From positions 195,603 to 259,602 of the forward strand of contig JAEUQT010000001.1 of the NCBI GenBank assembly GCA_016789445.1: a DNA stretch of 64,000 nt, read 5' to 3'. Below the pieces are notes generated by a model. The model was not told where the DNA came from and did no database searches. It was given only the letters and a program-made list of their open reading frames with translations. This document shows positions 33,955-42,510 of this stretch, one piece after another (the first letter of the stretch is position 1; each line of letters starts with the position of its first letter). Source of the stretch: a bacterium (GTDB taxonomy: Bacteria; Patescibacteriota; Minisyncoccia; Phycocordibacterales; UBA2100). A program made the translations under genes and the position numbers.

Positions 33955-35403
33955 ATGAAGCGCGGACACTCCTTCGACATGCAGGGCCTTAAGTTCGCGG
34001 GCAAGTTCCTCATCACGCTCGCGTTTGTATTCACGGCGGTACACTATGGGACCGCCATCGCTTCGGATCGTCTCGTTGCCGTTGATGAAAGCGGAACGAC
34101 AGCAGCGGAAGCAGAGCTTAAATATCTCCAAGAGCGCCGTCAGAACCAGCCACAAGACGAGAAAGAGATGCTTGAGAAGCTTCAGAAGTATGAAGACACC
34201 CTCTCAACACGCACCATCGGCACAGCCTCAATCGACACCATCGCCCAAGCGCACGAACGCATGATCGCCGCGGATCTCACGAACATGAAGCTCTACCTCT
34301 TCGAGAACGGTCATGCGACCGCAACACTAGATATCCTTTCTAAAGGAAAGCGCGGCTCCCGCTGGGAGACGCCGACCGGCCTCTACAAGATAGAGAGCAA
34401 GGAAAAAGACCACTTCTCGTCGATCGGCGAGGTGCACATGCCCTACTCGATGCAGTTCTTCGGCAATTTCTTCGTCCACGGCTGGCCGTACTACCCGGGT
34501 GGCGAGCCGGTACCCGAAGGCTACTCCGGTGGCTGCATCCGTCTCTCGACGGAGGATGCGGAAAAGGTCTTCGAATTCGTGAAGCGCGGGACTCCGATTT
34601 TCGTATGGGAAGACGGAGCGGCCTCAACCACAGAAATGACACTCTCGAAGGCGCCGGTCCCTCGCGTAAACGCGAAAGCATTCATCGTGGCGGATCTTCA
34701 TACGGGAGATGTATATGCGGAAAAGAATGCCGAGATAGCCTACCCTATCGCATCGGTGTCGAAGCTTCTTACGGCGCTCGTCGCCAACGAGACCATCCAC
34801 TTCGATCGCACGCTTACCGTCAACGGTGACGACCGCGCGCAAACTGATGGCACACCAGGCTCTATCGTGAAGGGAGATACTTTTACCGTGGGCGAGCTGC
34901 TCTATCCCCTTCTCATGGAATCGAACAACTCCGCCGCCTACACGCTCGCGCGCTACAACGGTCAGGAGAATTTCGTCGGCTGGATGAATGACAAAGCGAA
35001 AGCGATCGGCATGGACAAGACGCACATGAAAGACCCGTCGGGCATCTCTCCCGAGAACGTCTCCACCGCAAGCGATCTTTTTAAACTGATGCGCTATATC
35101 GAGGACAGCCAATCCTTCATCCTCAATCTCTCGCGCGAACCGGAGAAGAAACTCAAGGCGGAGAACGGTCGCACGTATACCTTCGCCAACTTCAATCACT
35201 TCGCCGGCAATAAGGACTTCTTGGGCGGTAAAGTCGGCTATACCAACGAAGCCCGCCAGACGATGACCGCCGTCTTCGAAGTACCGGTGCGCGGTGCGAC
35301 CAGCACCATCGCGATCGTCATCCTCGGCTCCGAAGAGCGTAAGAACGACGTCGAGAAGCTGCTCAGCTGGTTCAAACGCAACGCCACACCGCTTACCATC
35401 TAA
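33955..35403 (+). CDS. fused L,D-transpeptidase (YkuD) + serine D,D-carboxypeptidase (peptidase S11/PBP5-like)
   Basis: LDT motif HGWPYYPGG ... GYSGGCIRLSTEDAEKVFEFV. S11 motifs ASVSKLLTA (SxxK), MESNNSAAYTLA (SxN), GGKVGYTNEA (KTG-like). N-terminal TM. TATATAAT lies 7 nt upstream of the ATG. Confidence 0.75.
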   Translation: MKRGHSFDMQGLKFAGKFLITLAFVFTAVHYGTAIASDRLVAVDESGTTAAEAELKYLQERRQNQPQDEKEMLEKLQKYEDTLSTRTIGTASIDTIAQAHERMIAADLTNMKLYLFENGHATATLDILSKGKRGSRWETPTGLYKIESKEKDHFSSIGEVHMPYSMQFFGNFFVHGWPYYPGGEPVPEGYSGGCIRLSTEDAEKVFEFVKRGTPIFVWEDGAASTTEMTLSKAPVPRVNAKAFIVADLHTGDVYAEKNAEIAYPIASVSKLLTALVANETIHFDRTLTVNGDDRAQTDGTPGSIVKGDTFTVGELLYPLLMESNNSAAYTLARYNGQENFVGWMNDKAKAIGMDKTHMKDPSGISPENVSTASDLFKLMRYIEDSQSFILNLSREPEKKLKAENGRTYTFANFNHFAGNKDFLGGKVGYTNEARQTMTAVFEVPVRGATSTIAIVILGSEERKNDVEKLLSWFKRNATPLTI

Positions 35404-35404
35404 T

Positions 35405-35436
35405 GAAAAACCCCGCTTGAAAGCGGGGTTTTTCAT
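35405..35436. terminator. bidirectional intrinsic terminator between LDT/S11 gene and fusA
   Basis: AAAAACCCCGCUU-GAA-AGCGGGGUUUUUC. Confidence 0.75.
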
Positions 35437-35450
35437 TCTGCATCCAGAGA

Positions 35451-37592
35451 TTACTGACGGGATGCGATGACTTCGTCAGCAACGTTGCGCGGGACGACGG
35501 CGTAGTGCGAGAACTCAAGGTTCGGGACCGCACGACCTTCCGTAAGAGAGCGGAGCTGCGTGGTATAGCCGAAGAGTTCCGAAAGCGGGACCTTTGCGAC
35601 GACAACGCGTGCCTGACCGCGCTCACCCATCGATTCGATGAGACCGCGCTTCGCGTTGATGGAGCCGGTGACGTCACCGAGGAATTTCTCCGGAGTAACG
35701 ACTTCGAGCTTCATGACCGGCTCGAGGAGGACCGGCTTCGCCTGCTTCATAGCGTCCTGGAACGCATTGAGCGCTGCGAGCTTGAAGGCGATTTCCGAGG
35801 AGTCGACATCGTGCGCGGAACCGTCGTACAGGTCGACCGAGATATCGACGACCGGGAATCCGGCGAGAACGCCGCGATCCATGGCTTCCTTGAGGCCCTT
35901 CCTGATCGGCGAGATGAATTCCGCCGGGATGACGCCTCCCTTGATATTGTTGATGAATTCGAAGTGGTCTTCGCGATCGACGTTGTTCTTGAGCTTCTCG
36001 CCTTCGACGAGCGGCTCGAGCGGCTTGATCTTGATCTTCACGTGACCGTACTGACCACGACCACCCGTCTGCTTGATGTGCTTGTATTCGACATCGGCGG
36101 TGCCTTGGATGGTCTCGCGGAATGCGACCTGCGGCTTGCCGGTCGTCGCTTCGACGCCGAACTCGCGCTTCATACGGTCGACGAGAATCTCGAGGTGAAG
36201 TTCACCCATGCCGGAGATGATGGTCTCCCCTGTTTCCTCGTCAGACTTAACGCGGAACGTCGGGTCTTCGTCAGAAAGACGGGAGAGCGCGATACCAAGC
36301 TTCTCCTGGTCGGCCTTCGTCTTCGGTTCGACGCGCATGGAGATGACCGGCGTCGGGAAGACGATGCTTTCAAGTGCGATCGGATGTGCCTGATCACAGA
36401 CCGTGTTACCGATCTTCACTTCCTTCATGCCGACGAACGCGGCGATCTCACCTGCGTACACGACTTCGACTTCCTCGCGCTTATCTGCCTGGAGGCGGAC
36501 GATACGTCCGACGCGCTCCTTCTTGTTGTTCGCCGAGTTATAGACAGTGTCTCCTGCCTTCACCGAGCCTGAGTAGACGCGGAAGAAGGTAAGCGCACCG
36601 ACGAATGGGTCGACCTGGAGCTTGAAGACGAGCGCCGCGAACGGACCTTCGTCGCTCGCAGGACGTGTCTCTTCTGCGCCGGTGTCGGTGTTGATACCGG
36701 TTGCTGCCGGAAGATCGAGCGGTGATGGGAGGTAGTCGACGACCGCATCAAGGACGAGCTGCACGCCCTTGTTCTTGAGAGAAGAGCCGGTGAGGACCGG
36801 GAAGATCTCGTTGGCGATGACGCCCTTGCGGAGGTTCGCCTTCAAGACATCAAGCGGAATCTCCTTCCCTTCGAGGTAGTCGTTCATGAGCTTTTCGTCG
36901 TTCTCGACGATGCGCTCGACGAGCTCGCCATGGAACTTCTTCGCATCATCCATGAGCTCAGCCGGGATGTCGTAGGCGATGACTTCCTTACCCATCTCGC
37001 CTTCGAACTTATATGCCTTCATCGAAAGAAGATCGACGACGCCGTTGAAATCGCCCTCTGCGCCGATCGGGATCTGGAGGCGGACCGCCTTCTTGGAGAG
37101 ACGGTCAAGGATGGATGCGTACGACTTCTCGAACGAAGCACCCGTACGATCGAGCTTGTTGATGTAGCAGACACGCGGCACTTCCGCTTCTTCAGCGTAG
37201 CGCCAGTTGGTCTCGGACTGCGGCTCGACGCCGGCGACGCCGTCGAAGACGACGACTGCGCCGTCAAGGACGCGCATGGAGCGCTTCACCTCTGAGGTGA
37301 AGTCGATGTGGCCCGGGGTATCGATGACGTTGAAGCGGACCTTCGCGGAGGTGTCGGTTCCCATGTAGGTCGGGTTCCAGAAGCAGGTGATCGCCGCCGC
37401 GGTGATGGTGATGCCGCGCTCGCGCTCCTGTTCCATCCAGTCGGTCACCGTCGCGCCGTCGTGCACTTCACCGATCTTGTGGCTCATGCCGGTGTAGAAC
37501 AGGATGCGCTCCGACGTGGTCGTTTTTCCGGCGTCGACGTGCGCCACGATCCCGAAATTTCGTACTTTCTCCAACGGATAGTCTCGACTCAT
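35451..37592 (-). CDS. fusA: elongation factor G
   Basis: 713 aa; [24 protein letters not shown] ... [12 protein letters not shown]; canonical EF-G. Confidence 0.98.
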   Translation of the reverse strand: MSRDYPLEKVRNFGIVAHVDAGKTTTSERILFYTGMSHKIGEVHDGATVTDWMEQERERGITITAAAITCFWNPTYMGTDTSAKVRFNVIDTPGHIDFTSEVKRSMRVLDGAVVVFDGVAGVEPQSETNWRYAEEAEVPRVCYINKLDRTGASFEKSYASILDRLSKKAVRLQIPIGAEGDFNGVVDLLSMKAYKFEGEMGKEVIAYDIPAELMDDAKKFHGELVERIVENDEKLMNDYLEGKEIPLDVLKANLRKGVIANEIFPVLTGSSLKNKGVQLVLDAVVDYLPSPLDLPAATGINTDTGAEETRPASDEGPFAALVFKLQVDPFVGALTFFRVYSGSVKAGDTVYNSANNKKERVGRIVRLQADKREEVEVVYAGEIAAFVGMKEVKIGNTVCDQAHPIALESIVFPTPVISMRVEPKTKADQEKLGIALSRLSDEDPTFRVKSDEETGETIISGMGELHLEILVDRMKREFGVEATTGKPQVAFRETIQGTADVEYKHIKQTGGRGQYGHVKIKIKPLEPLVEGEKLKNNVDREDHFEFINNIKGGVIPAEFISPIRKGLKEAMDRGVLAGFPVVDISVDLYDGSAHDVDSSEIAFKLAALNAFQDAMKQAKPVLLEPVMKLEVVTPEKFLGDVTGSINAKRGLIESMGERGQARVVVAKVPLSELFGYTTQLRSLTEGRAVPNLEFSHYAVVPRNVADEVIASRQ

Positions 37593-37859
37593 ATGATTTT
37601 AATAACGTGTAATTAACTACGTGTGGCGCACGGCGGTGGAAAGGGGTCGGGAAAACTCTAGTTTTCCCGTGTCGGAGAGCAGGGCGGCGAGCGAAGCGTT
37701 GCCGTCCGTTGAGAACCGAGGGTTCTCAAGGAGCGGCTCTGCCGCGACGACGTGTGCGACGATTCCGACCCGTCCTTTCCAGCAGTCTTCATTAAAAAGA
37801 AAACCGCCAAAGGCGTCCCCACAATGTACGGGAAATCGAGGGAAATGCAAGAAATTCCT

Positions 37860-38528
37860 TCACCATTCGATCTCTGTATCCCCCCTCTTTTTCAGGTATT
37901 CATTCGTCTTTGAGAACGGCTTCGAGCCGAAAAAACCATTGTGTGCCGAGAACGGCGACGGGTGCGCACTCTCGATGACGAAATGCTTCGAGCGGTCAAT
38001 GAAACTCCCCTTCTGCCGCGCGTAATTCCCCCACAATATGAAGACAATCCCCTCTCGCTCATCGTTCAGTTTCCGTATCGCCGCGTCGGTAAATTGCTCC
38101 CACCCCTTACCTTGGTGCGAACCCGCACTCGCGGCGCGCACCGTGAGTGTTGCATTGAGGAGGAGCACTCCCTGCTTCGCCCAGCGCGAAAGATCGGTGT
38201 CATGCGAGACCTCGTGCCCGAGATCACTCTCGATCTCTTTGAAAATGTTCTGCAGCGAAGGCGGCGGACGCACGCCGGGATTCACGGCGAAGCAGAGCCC
38301 GTTCGCCTGCCCTGCTCCGTGATACGGGTCTTGTCCGAGGATGACGACCTTCACCTCACTAAAAGGCGTCAGATCGAACGCGCGGAAGATATCCTTGGGT
38401 GCCGGATACACCGTGCTTTTCGCATATTCTGCATGCACAAAATCGGTGAGCCCCCCGAAGTAGGGCTCACCGAATTCGCTCTCCAATTTTTCTTTCCATC
38501 CGCCACCGATCTTCACCTCTCGTGTCAT
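37860..38528 (-). CDS. ung: uracil-DNA glycosylase (family 1)
   Basis: Start at internal MTREVKIGGGWKEKL. Motifs GQDPYHGAGQANGLCFAV, LLLNATLTVRAASAGSH, HPSPFSAHNGFFGSKPFSKTN. Confidence 0.85.
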   Translation of the reverse strand: MTREVKIGGGWKEKLESEFGEPYFGGLTDFVHAEYAKSTVYPAPKDIFRAFDLTPFSEVKVVILGQDPYHGAGQANGLCFAVNPGVRPPPSLQNIFKEIESDLGHEVSHDTDLSRWAKQGVLLLNATLTVRAASAGSHQGKGWEQFTDAAIRKLNDEREGIVFILWGNYARQKGSFIDRSKHFVIESAHPSPFSAHNGFFGSKPFSKTNEYLKKRGDTEIEW

Positions 38529-38677
38529 TCTTGTATGGTACGGCGAAGGCGGGCGAATGACTATCCTCCGATGACACCGAGAAGCCAGAGCACGATGATA
38601 AGACTGACCGGGACTCCGAGGAGCCATAAAATGATAGGCATGTACGCATCGTATCGACCCTGCATGAAGCGCACGTG

Positions 38678-38710
38678 ATAAAGAAAAATCCCGTCTTTCG
38701 GCGGGATTTC
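38678..38710 (-). terminator. intrinsic terminator directly after rpsG
   Basis: Minus strand reads AAAUCCCGCC-GAAA-GACGGGAUUU followed by UUCUUUAUC. It separates rpsL-rpsG from ung-fusA. Confidence 0.6.
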
Positions 38711-38728
38711 TCGTTTGGTTTCTTGGAA

Positions 38729-39190
38729 CTACCACGCGAAGTGCGCGAATGCCTTGTTGGCTTCTGCCATGCGGTGCGTCGTCTCCTTCTTGGTGACGGC
38801 TGCACCTTCACCCTTCGCAGCTGCCTTGATCTCATTGAGGAGGGACTCTGCCATCGGCTTACCCTTGGTGCTTTCAGCTGCATCCACCATCCAGCGGAGG
38901 CCGAGGGCGAGGCGGCGCTCAGGACGAACCTCACGCGGAACCTGGTAGTTTGCACCACCGACGCGGCGGGAGCGGACTTCCACCGACGGAGCTGCATTCT
39001 CGAGCGCCTGCTCGAAGATCGCAACCGGATCGCCGTCCTTCTTCAACTCCTCGAAGACGGTGTAGACGATCTTGCGCGCGGTGTCCTTCTTGCCGCGCTC
39101 CATGACGTAGTTGATGAGCTTGTGCACCTTGACCGATCCGTAGATCTCGTCCGGAGCTGGCATGTTTCGATTCTTAACAGGGCGTCGCAT
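38729..39190 (-). CDS. rpsG: 30S ribosomal protein S7
   Basis: 153 aa; LINYVMERGKKDTARKIVYTVFEELKKDG ... VEVRSRRVGGANYQVP. Confidence 0.95.
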   Translation of the reverse strand: MRRPVKNRNMPAPDEIYGSVKVHKLINYVMERGKKDTARKIVYTVFEELKKDGDPVAIFEQALENAAPSVEVRSRRVGGANYQVPREVRPERRLALGLRWMVDAAESTKGKPMAESLLNEIKAAAKGEGAAVTKKETTHRMAEANKAFAHFAW

Positions 39191-39198
39191 ATGAGTGA

Positions 39199-39615
39199 TT
39201 ACTTAGCTGCCTTAGGCTTCTTAGCACCGTAGAGGGAGCGGCCGCGGCGGCGCTTCTCGATACCTGCGGTGTCGAGCTTGCCGCGCACGATCGTGTAGCG
39301 AAGACCGATGTCCTTCACGCGACCACCACGGACGAGGACGACCGAGTGCTCCTGGAGGTTATGGCCTTCACCCGGGATGTACGCGGTGATCTCCATGCCG
39401 TTCGAGAGGCGGACACGGGCGATCTTACGGATAGCCGAGTTCGGCTTACGAGGGGTCTTGGTGGTTACCTTGGTGCAGACACCACGCTTGAATGGCGAGT
39501 TGAAATAGGTTGGGCGATTTTCGAGTGTATTGAAACCACGACCAAGTGCGCCGGTCTTGGACTTGTAGACGCGCTTGCCGCGTCCCTTACGTACGAGCTG
39601 ATTGATGGTAGACAT
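39199..39615 (-). CDS. rpsL: 30S ribosomal protein S12
   Basis: 138 aa; [12 protein letters not shown] ... [58 protein letters not shown]. Confidence 0.95.
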   Translation of the reverse strand: MSTINQLVRKGRGKRVYKSKTGALGRGFNTLENRPTYFNSPFKRGVCTKVTTKTPRKPNSAIRKIARVRLSNGMEITAYIPGEGHNLQEHSVVLVRGGRVKDIGLRYTIVRGKLDTAGIEKRRRGRSLYGAKKPKAAK

Positions 39616-39706
39616 GTTTTCTACAAAAAACGCGCTTTTCAGCGCTCGGTGAGTGTACTATATCGCTCTATACAAAGCAAATCGCGGAGCCTAGGGCTCC
39701 GCGACA
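39616..39706 (-). promoter_or_regulatory. rpsL leader: terminator hairpin, TATAGT -10, then 5' hairpin plus U6 immediately before AUG
   Basis: Minus strand reads GCGGAGCC-CUAG-GGCUCCGC GAUUUGCUUUGUAUAGAGCGAUAUAGUACACUCACCGAGCGC-UGAAAA-GCGCG UUUUUUGUAGAAAAC AUG. Confidence 0.4.
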
Positions 39707-39968
39707 CCTTACGTCCGAGGTAAGGGGATGCAGTGGACACGAGTAGCCCCGTGGTAGATCGGCCCACTAAACTCCTGGCCTATCTTGTCCGTCTTCCCGT
39801 CAAGCGCGGCCTTAGCGGCTTCACATTCCACTTTCGGTATTCGCGTCGGCGGCGGGACGGCTAAGTTGCCACTTCCCCCATATGCCAACAAGACCATTAG
39901 GACGTATTCAGTACCGCCCATCTTCTCCTCCATTGAGTAGCACAACCGTCGCCACCCTAGCACCAGCA

Positions 39969-40640
39969 TCAGACCCCGGCAAGATAACGGCTCACGCTAT
40001 AGACGAACGAGCTGAATGCGCTCCCTGCTATCAATATAAAGAGGATGACCAGCCCGAATCCTAGGAAGGGGTTGTATTCCAAGCGAGCACGCCATTCGTC
40101 ATAGCCCCTGCGTGCGCCATGCGGGAGGAGTGCCGAGAGGATCTTTGAGCCGTCCAGGGGCGGGATCGGGATGAGGTTGAAGATGCCGAGCATGACGTTC
40201 ACGAGGACGACGAGGAAAACCACCGCGGCCACCTCCTCTGGCAGGACACCCAAACGTATGGTAATCGCTGCCACAATGGCGATGAGGAAGTTCGACAAGG
40301 GTCCTGCAAAGGCGACGATCGCCTCCCCCCAGCGTGGGCTGGCCTTCAGATTGTAGGGGTTATACGGTACCGGCTTCGCCCACCCGAAGAAGATCGGCGA
40401 CCCGGAGAGCGCGAGGATGAGCGGCAAGAGGAGCGAACCGAACGGGTCGAGGTGCGGAATCGGGTTCAGAGTCAGTCTCCCCGCATAGCGAGCGGTCGGG
40501 TCCCCGAGCTTATCGGCCGCCACCCCGTGCGCCACCTCGTGGATGATCGCGCTGAACATGATGATGGCAATGAGGAAGAGTGCGTCGATGAAAGCCATTG
40601 GGAGGAGTGTACCACGCCCTATGAAGGACGGATTTTGCAT
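39969..40640 (-). CDS. site-2 protease family (peptidase M50) membrane metalloprotease
   Basis: HEVAHGVAA (HExxH) in a TM segment; NLIPIPPLDGSKIL (LDG motif); multiple TMs. Confidence 0.75.
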   Translation of the reverse strand: MQNPSFIGRGTLLPMAFIDALFLIAIIMFSAIIHEVAHGVAADKLGDPTARYAGRLTLNPIPHLDPFGSLLLPLILALSGSPIFFGWAKPVPYNPYNLKASPRWGEAIVAFAGPLSNFLIAIVAAITIRLGVLPEEVAAVVFLVVLVNVMLGIFNLIPIPPLDGSKILSALLPHGARRGYDEWRARLEYNPFLGFGLVILFILIAGSAFSSFVYSVSRYLAGV

Positions 40641-40674
40641 TTTTTGGCCCTATATCGTATAGTTCCCCCCACAT

Positions 40675-40920
40675 ATGGCACGGGAATGCGTCATCACAGG
40701 TAAGAAGAGCCGCGTCGGCGGTGGCTATTCGAATCGCACTCGTGCGACCAAATTCAACCCTACCGGTGCGAAGCGCCGCATGGTGAACATCCAGAAGAAG
40801 ACCGTCTTCATCCCGGAGCTCAACCGCAAGGTCATCGTCAACGTCTCGGCGAAGGGCCTGAAGACCATGAAGAAGCGCGGCGTCTACAAGACCCTCCGCG
40901 CCGCCGGCCTGGTCAAGTAA
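40675..40920 (+). CDS. rpmB: 50S ribosomal protein L28
   Basis: 81 aa; MARECVITGKKSRVGGGYSNRTRATKFNPTGAKRRMVNIQKKTVFIPELNRKV. Confidence 0.9.
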   Translation: MARECVITGKKSRVGGGYSNRTRATKFNPTGAKRRMVNIQKKTVFIPELNRKVIVNVSAKGLKTMKKRGVYKTLRAAGLVK

Positions 40921-40939
40921 CCCCTCCTCTCAAAACCAA

Positions 40940-40975
40940 AGACCGCTCGAGAAATCGGGCGGTCTTTTCGTTTTC
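40940..40975 (+). terminator. intrinsic terminator after rpmB
   Basis: AGACCGCUCGA-GAAA-UCGGGCGGUCU followed by UUUCGUUUUC. Confidence 0.6.
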
Positions 40976-41081
40976 AAGCTTTGATGTAGCCGAACATGAT
41001 GCCCAGTATGAAAAGTACACACAGGGCGACGCCGATCAGGCTCGTGAGCCGCGGATACCGGCTCAACAGCACGTCGAACAT
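40974..41081 (-). CDS. possible 35-aa single-TM small protein
   Basis: MFDVLLSRYPRLTSLIGVALCVLFILGIMFGYIKA. GGAGGA lies 5 nt upstream of the ATG. Very short and unverified. Confidence 0.3.
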   Translation of the reverse strand: MFDVLLSRYPRLTSLIGVALCVLFILGIMFGYIKA

Positions 41082-41155
41082 GGTTTCCTCCATTCTTGTA
41101 TCCGGATTCTTGGTGATCCACGGATAATCCTACGCCTCCCACGGCGGAAGTCTAC

Positions 41156-42013
41156 TCACTTCCGCACTACTGTTTTCCCGTCAGAAACGAATGTAATGCT
41201 CCCGTCTTCACAGGTATCCAATGTCGGCACGCCATGTTTCGCGAACATCTCTTTCACCTCGTCGTGCGGATGACCATACGAGTTATCGCACCCGCGGCTA
41301 TAGACCGCATATTCCGGCGAAACAAATCCGACGAATGCGAAAGATGAGGAGGTGCGCGACCCATGATGCCCCGCTTTCAGCACGCTCGATTCAAGAATCT
41401 TTCCATCGAGGCGCACGAGATAATCCTCGATTTCTTTCGGCGAATCCCCTGTCAGCATGAAAGCCGTCTCGCCGTACACAAGCCGTGCGACGATGGAGCC
41501 GGTATTCGTTTCGATTCCCGGCACGCTTCTATCGGGAAACAAGATCTCGAGTCGAGCCCCCTCTCCTACATCAATGACCTGTCCGCGCTCAGCAACCAAC
41601 CGCTCTGCACCTTCTGCGGCAGCCGCCTTCTCGAACGCCTGAGCATCCGCCCCTTCTTCGTCGCGCACGCTCGATTCGATGACAAGACCCACGCGATATC
41701 GCTTGAAGACATCCGGTAAACCACCGATATGGTCCGCATCCGGATGCGTCGCCAGAACCACGTCGATCGTGCGGTCGTACCACGGCATCACCGTGGCGAG
41801 CTGTCGGATGACTGACCGGTTCTTCCCGCCATCGATCAGCATCTGTCGCCCACCTGGAGCTTCGATGAAAATCGCATCCCCCTGCCCTACATCGAGGAAC
41901 GAAACCCGCAGCTCTGGCGTCCGCATACCCCTCACGAGCGAATGTCCGACGATGAACGCCACCACCAGAAGGACCGAAATCGTGATGAAGAGGATGGCAG
42001 AACTGCGCTGCAT
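41156..42013 (-). CDS. ComEC/Rec2 C-terminal metallo-beta-lactamase-fold domain protein (separate gene)
   Basis: TM anchor then VSFLDVGQGDAIFIE ... IDGG ... VVLATHPDADHIGGL ... KAGHHGSRTSSS, typical of the ComEC MBL domain. Start taken at internal MQRSS. Confidence 0.7.
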   Translation of the reverse strand: MQRSSAILFITISVLLVVAFIVGHSLVRGMRTPELRVSFLDVGQGDAIFIEAPGGRQMLIDGGKNRSVIRQLATVMPWYDRTIDVVLATHPDADHIGGLPDVFKRYRVGLVIESSVRDEEGADAQAFEKAAAAEGAERLVAERGQVIDVGEGARLEILFPDRSVPGIETNTGSIVARLVYGETAFMLTGDSPKEIEDYLVRLDGKILESSVLKAGHHGSRTSSSFAFVGFVSPEYAVYSRGCDNSYGHPHDEVKEMFAKHGVPTLDTCEDGSITFVSDGKTVVRK

Positions 42014-42042
42014 CAGCCAAGTATAGAGCCATTTTCGAGACC

Positions 42043-42070
42043 TTGACTCTGGGAATGGACATGCTATACT
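42043..42070 (+). promoter_or_regulatory. near-consensus sigma70 promoter TTGACT-16-TATACT with no downstream ORF
   Basis: TTGACT at 42043-48, 16-nt spacer, TATACT at 42065-70. It points away from the ComEC-MBL gene. Confidence 0.5.
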
Positions 42071-42076
42071 TACAGC

Positions 42077-42197
42077 AGTTGTATAAGCCTGGTTATCCCA
42101 TCGAGGCGCGGAAACGCGACTCTGGCATAACTGTTTGCTTGTACCTTTCGTTCTTACCAAAACACCCCGCTTGAGCATTGCTCGCGGGGTGTTTTTT
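42077..42197 (+). ncRNA. candidate ~120-nt small RNA (promoter to intrinsic terminator, no credible ORF)
   Basis: Transcript runs from the predicted TSS to terminator CACCCCGC-(13-nt loop)-GCGGGGUG UUUUUU at 42164-42197. Contains a GCGCG-GAAA-CGCGA tetraloop hairpin. Only a 33-codon TTG frame is present. Confidence 0.3.
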
Positions 42198-42201
42198 CAT
42201 G

Positions 42202-42230
42202 TTGCCAATCGTAAGAAGCGAGAGTATGCT
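42202..42230 (+). promoter_or_regulatory. sigma70-like promoter TTGCCA-17-TATGCT for small membrane-protein gene
   Basis: TTGCCA at 42202-07 and TATGCT at 42225-30, with a 17-nt spacer. Confidence 0.45.
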
Positions 42231-42281
42231 ACCTCCTTCGGGTAACCGACACGTTCATTCAACTTTGCAGGGAGAAAAATC

Positions 42282-42398
42282 ATGCTTATCGCAATGACAG
42301 GCCTCGTCGGCGTAGCGCTGACCGGCACTTTCACAGGAGGCCTCTACGGCTTCGCCCATCAAGGCAAGAAATACTACGAGGAATCGAAGCGGGCCTGA
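42282..42398 (+). CDS. 38-aa single-TM small protein (hypothetical)
   Basis: MLIAMTGLVGVALTGTFTGGLYGFAHQGKKYYEESKRA. AGGGAG lies ~9 nt upstream. The gene has its own promoter and a strong terminator at 42421-42462. Confidence 0.4.
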   Translation: MLIAMTGLVGVALTGTFTGGLYGFAHQGKKYYEESKRA

Positions 42399-42420
42399 GG
42401 GCGATCGCTTCGAAAATGTC

Positions 42421-42462
42421 CGCGCGCCGCGTTCCATCTGGGAACGCGGCGCTCTGTTTTGC
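42421..42462 (+). terminator. intrinsic terminator
   Basis: GCGCGCCGCGUUCC-AUCUG-GGAACGCGGCGC UCUGUUUUGC. Confidence 0.65.
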
Positions 42463-42510
42463 TATACTTCACCTCGTTACCAGACTCCCTTAGTACCCTT
42501 CCGTACGTAT

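Noticed and set aside
42255-42437. 60-aa minus-strand ORF over the micro-operon
   Set aside because: The plus-strand 38-aa gene has a matching promoter, SD and terminator. The minus ORF has none.
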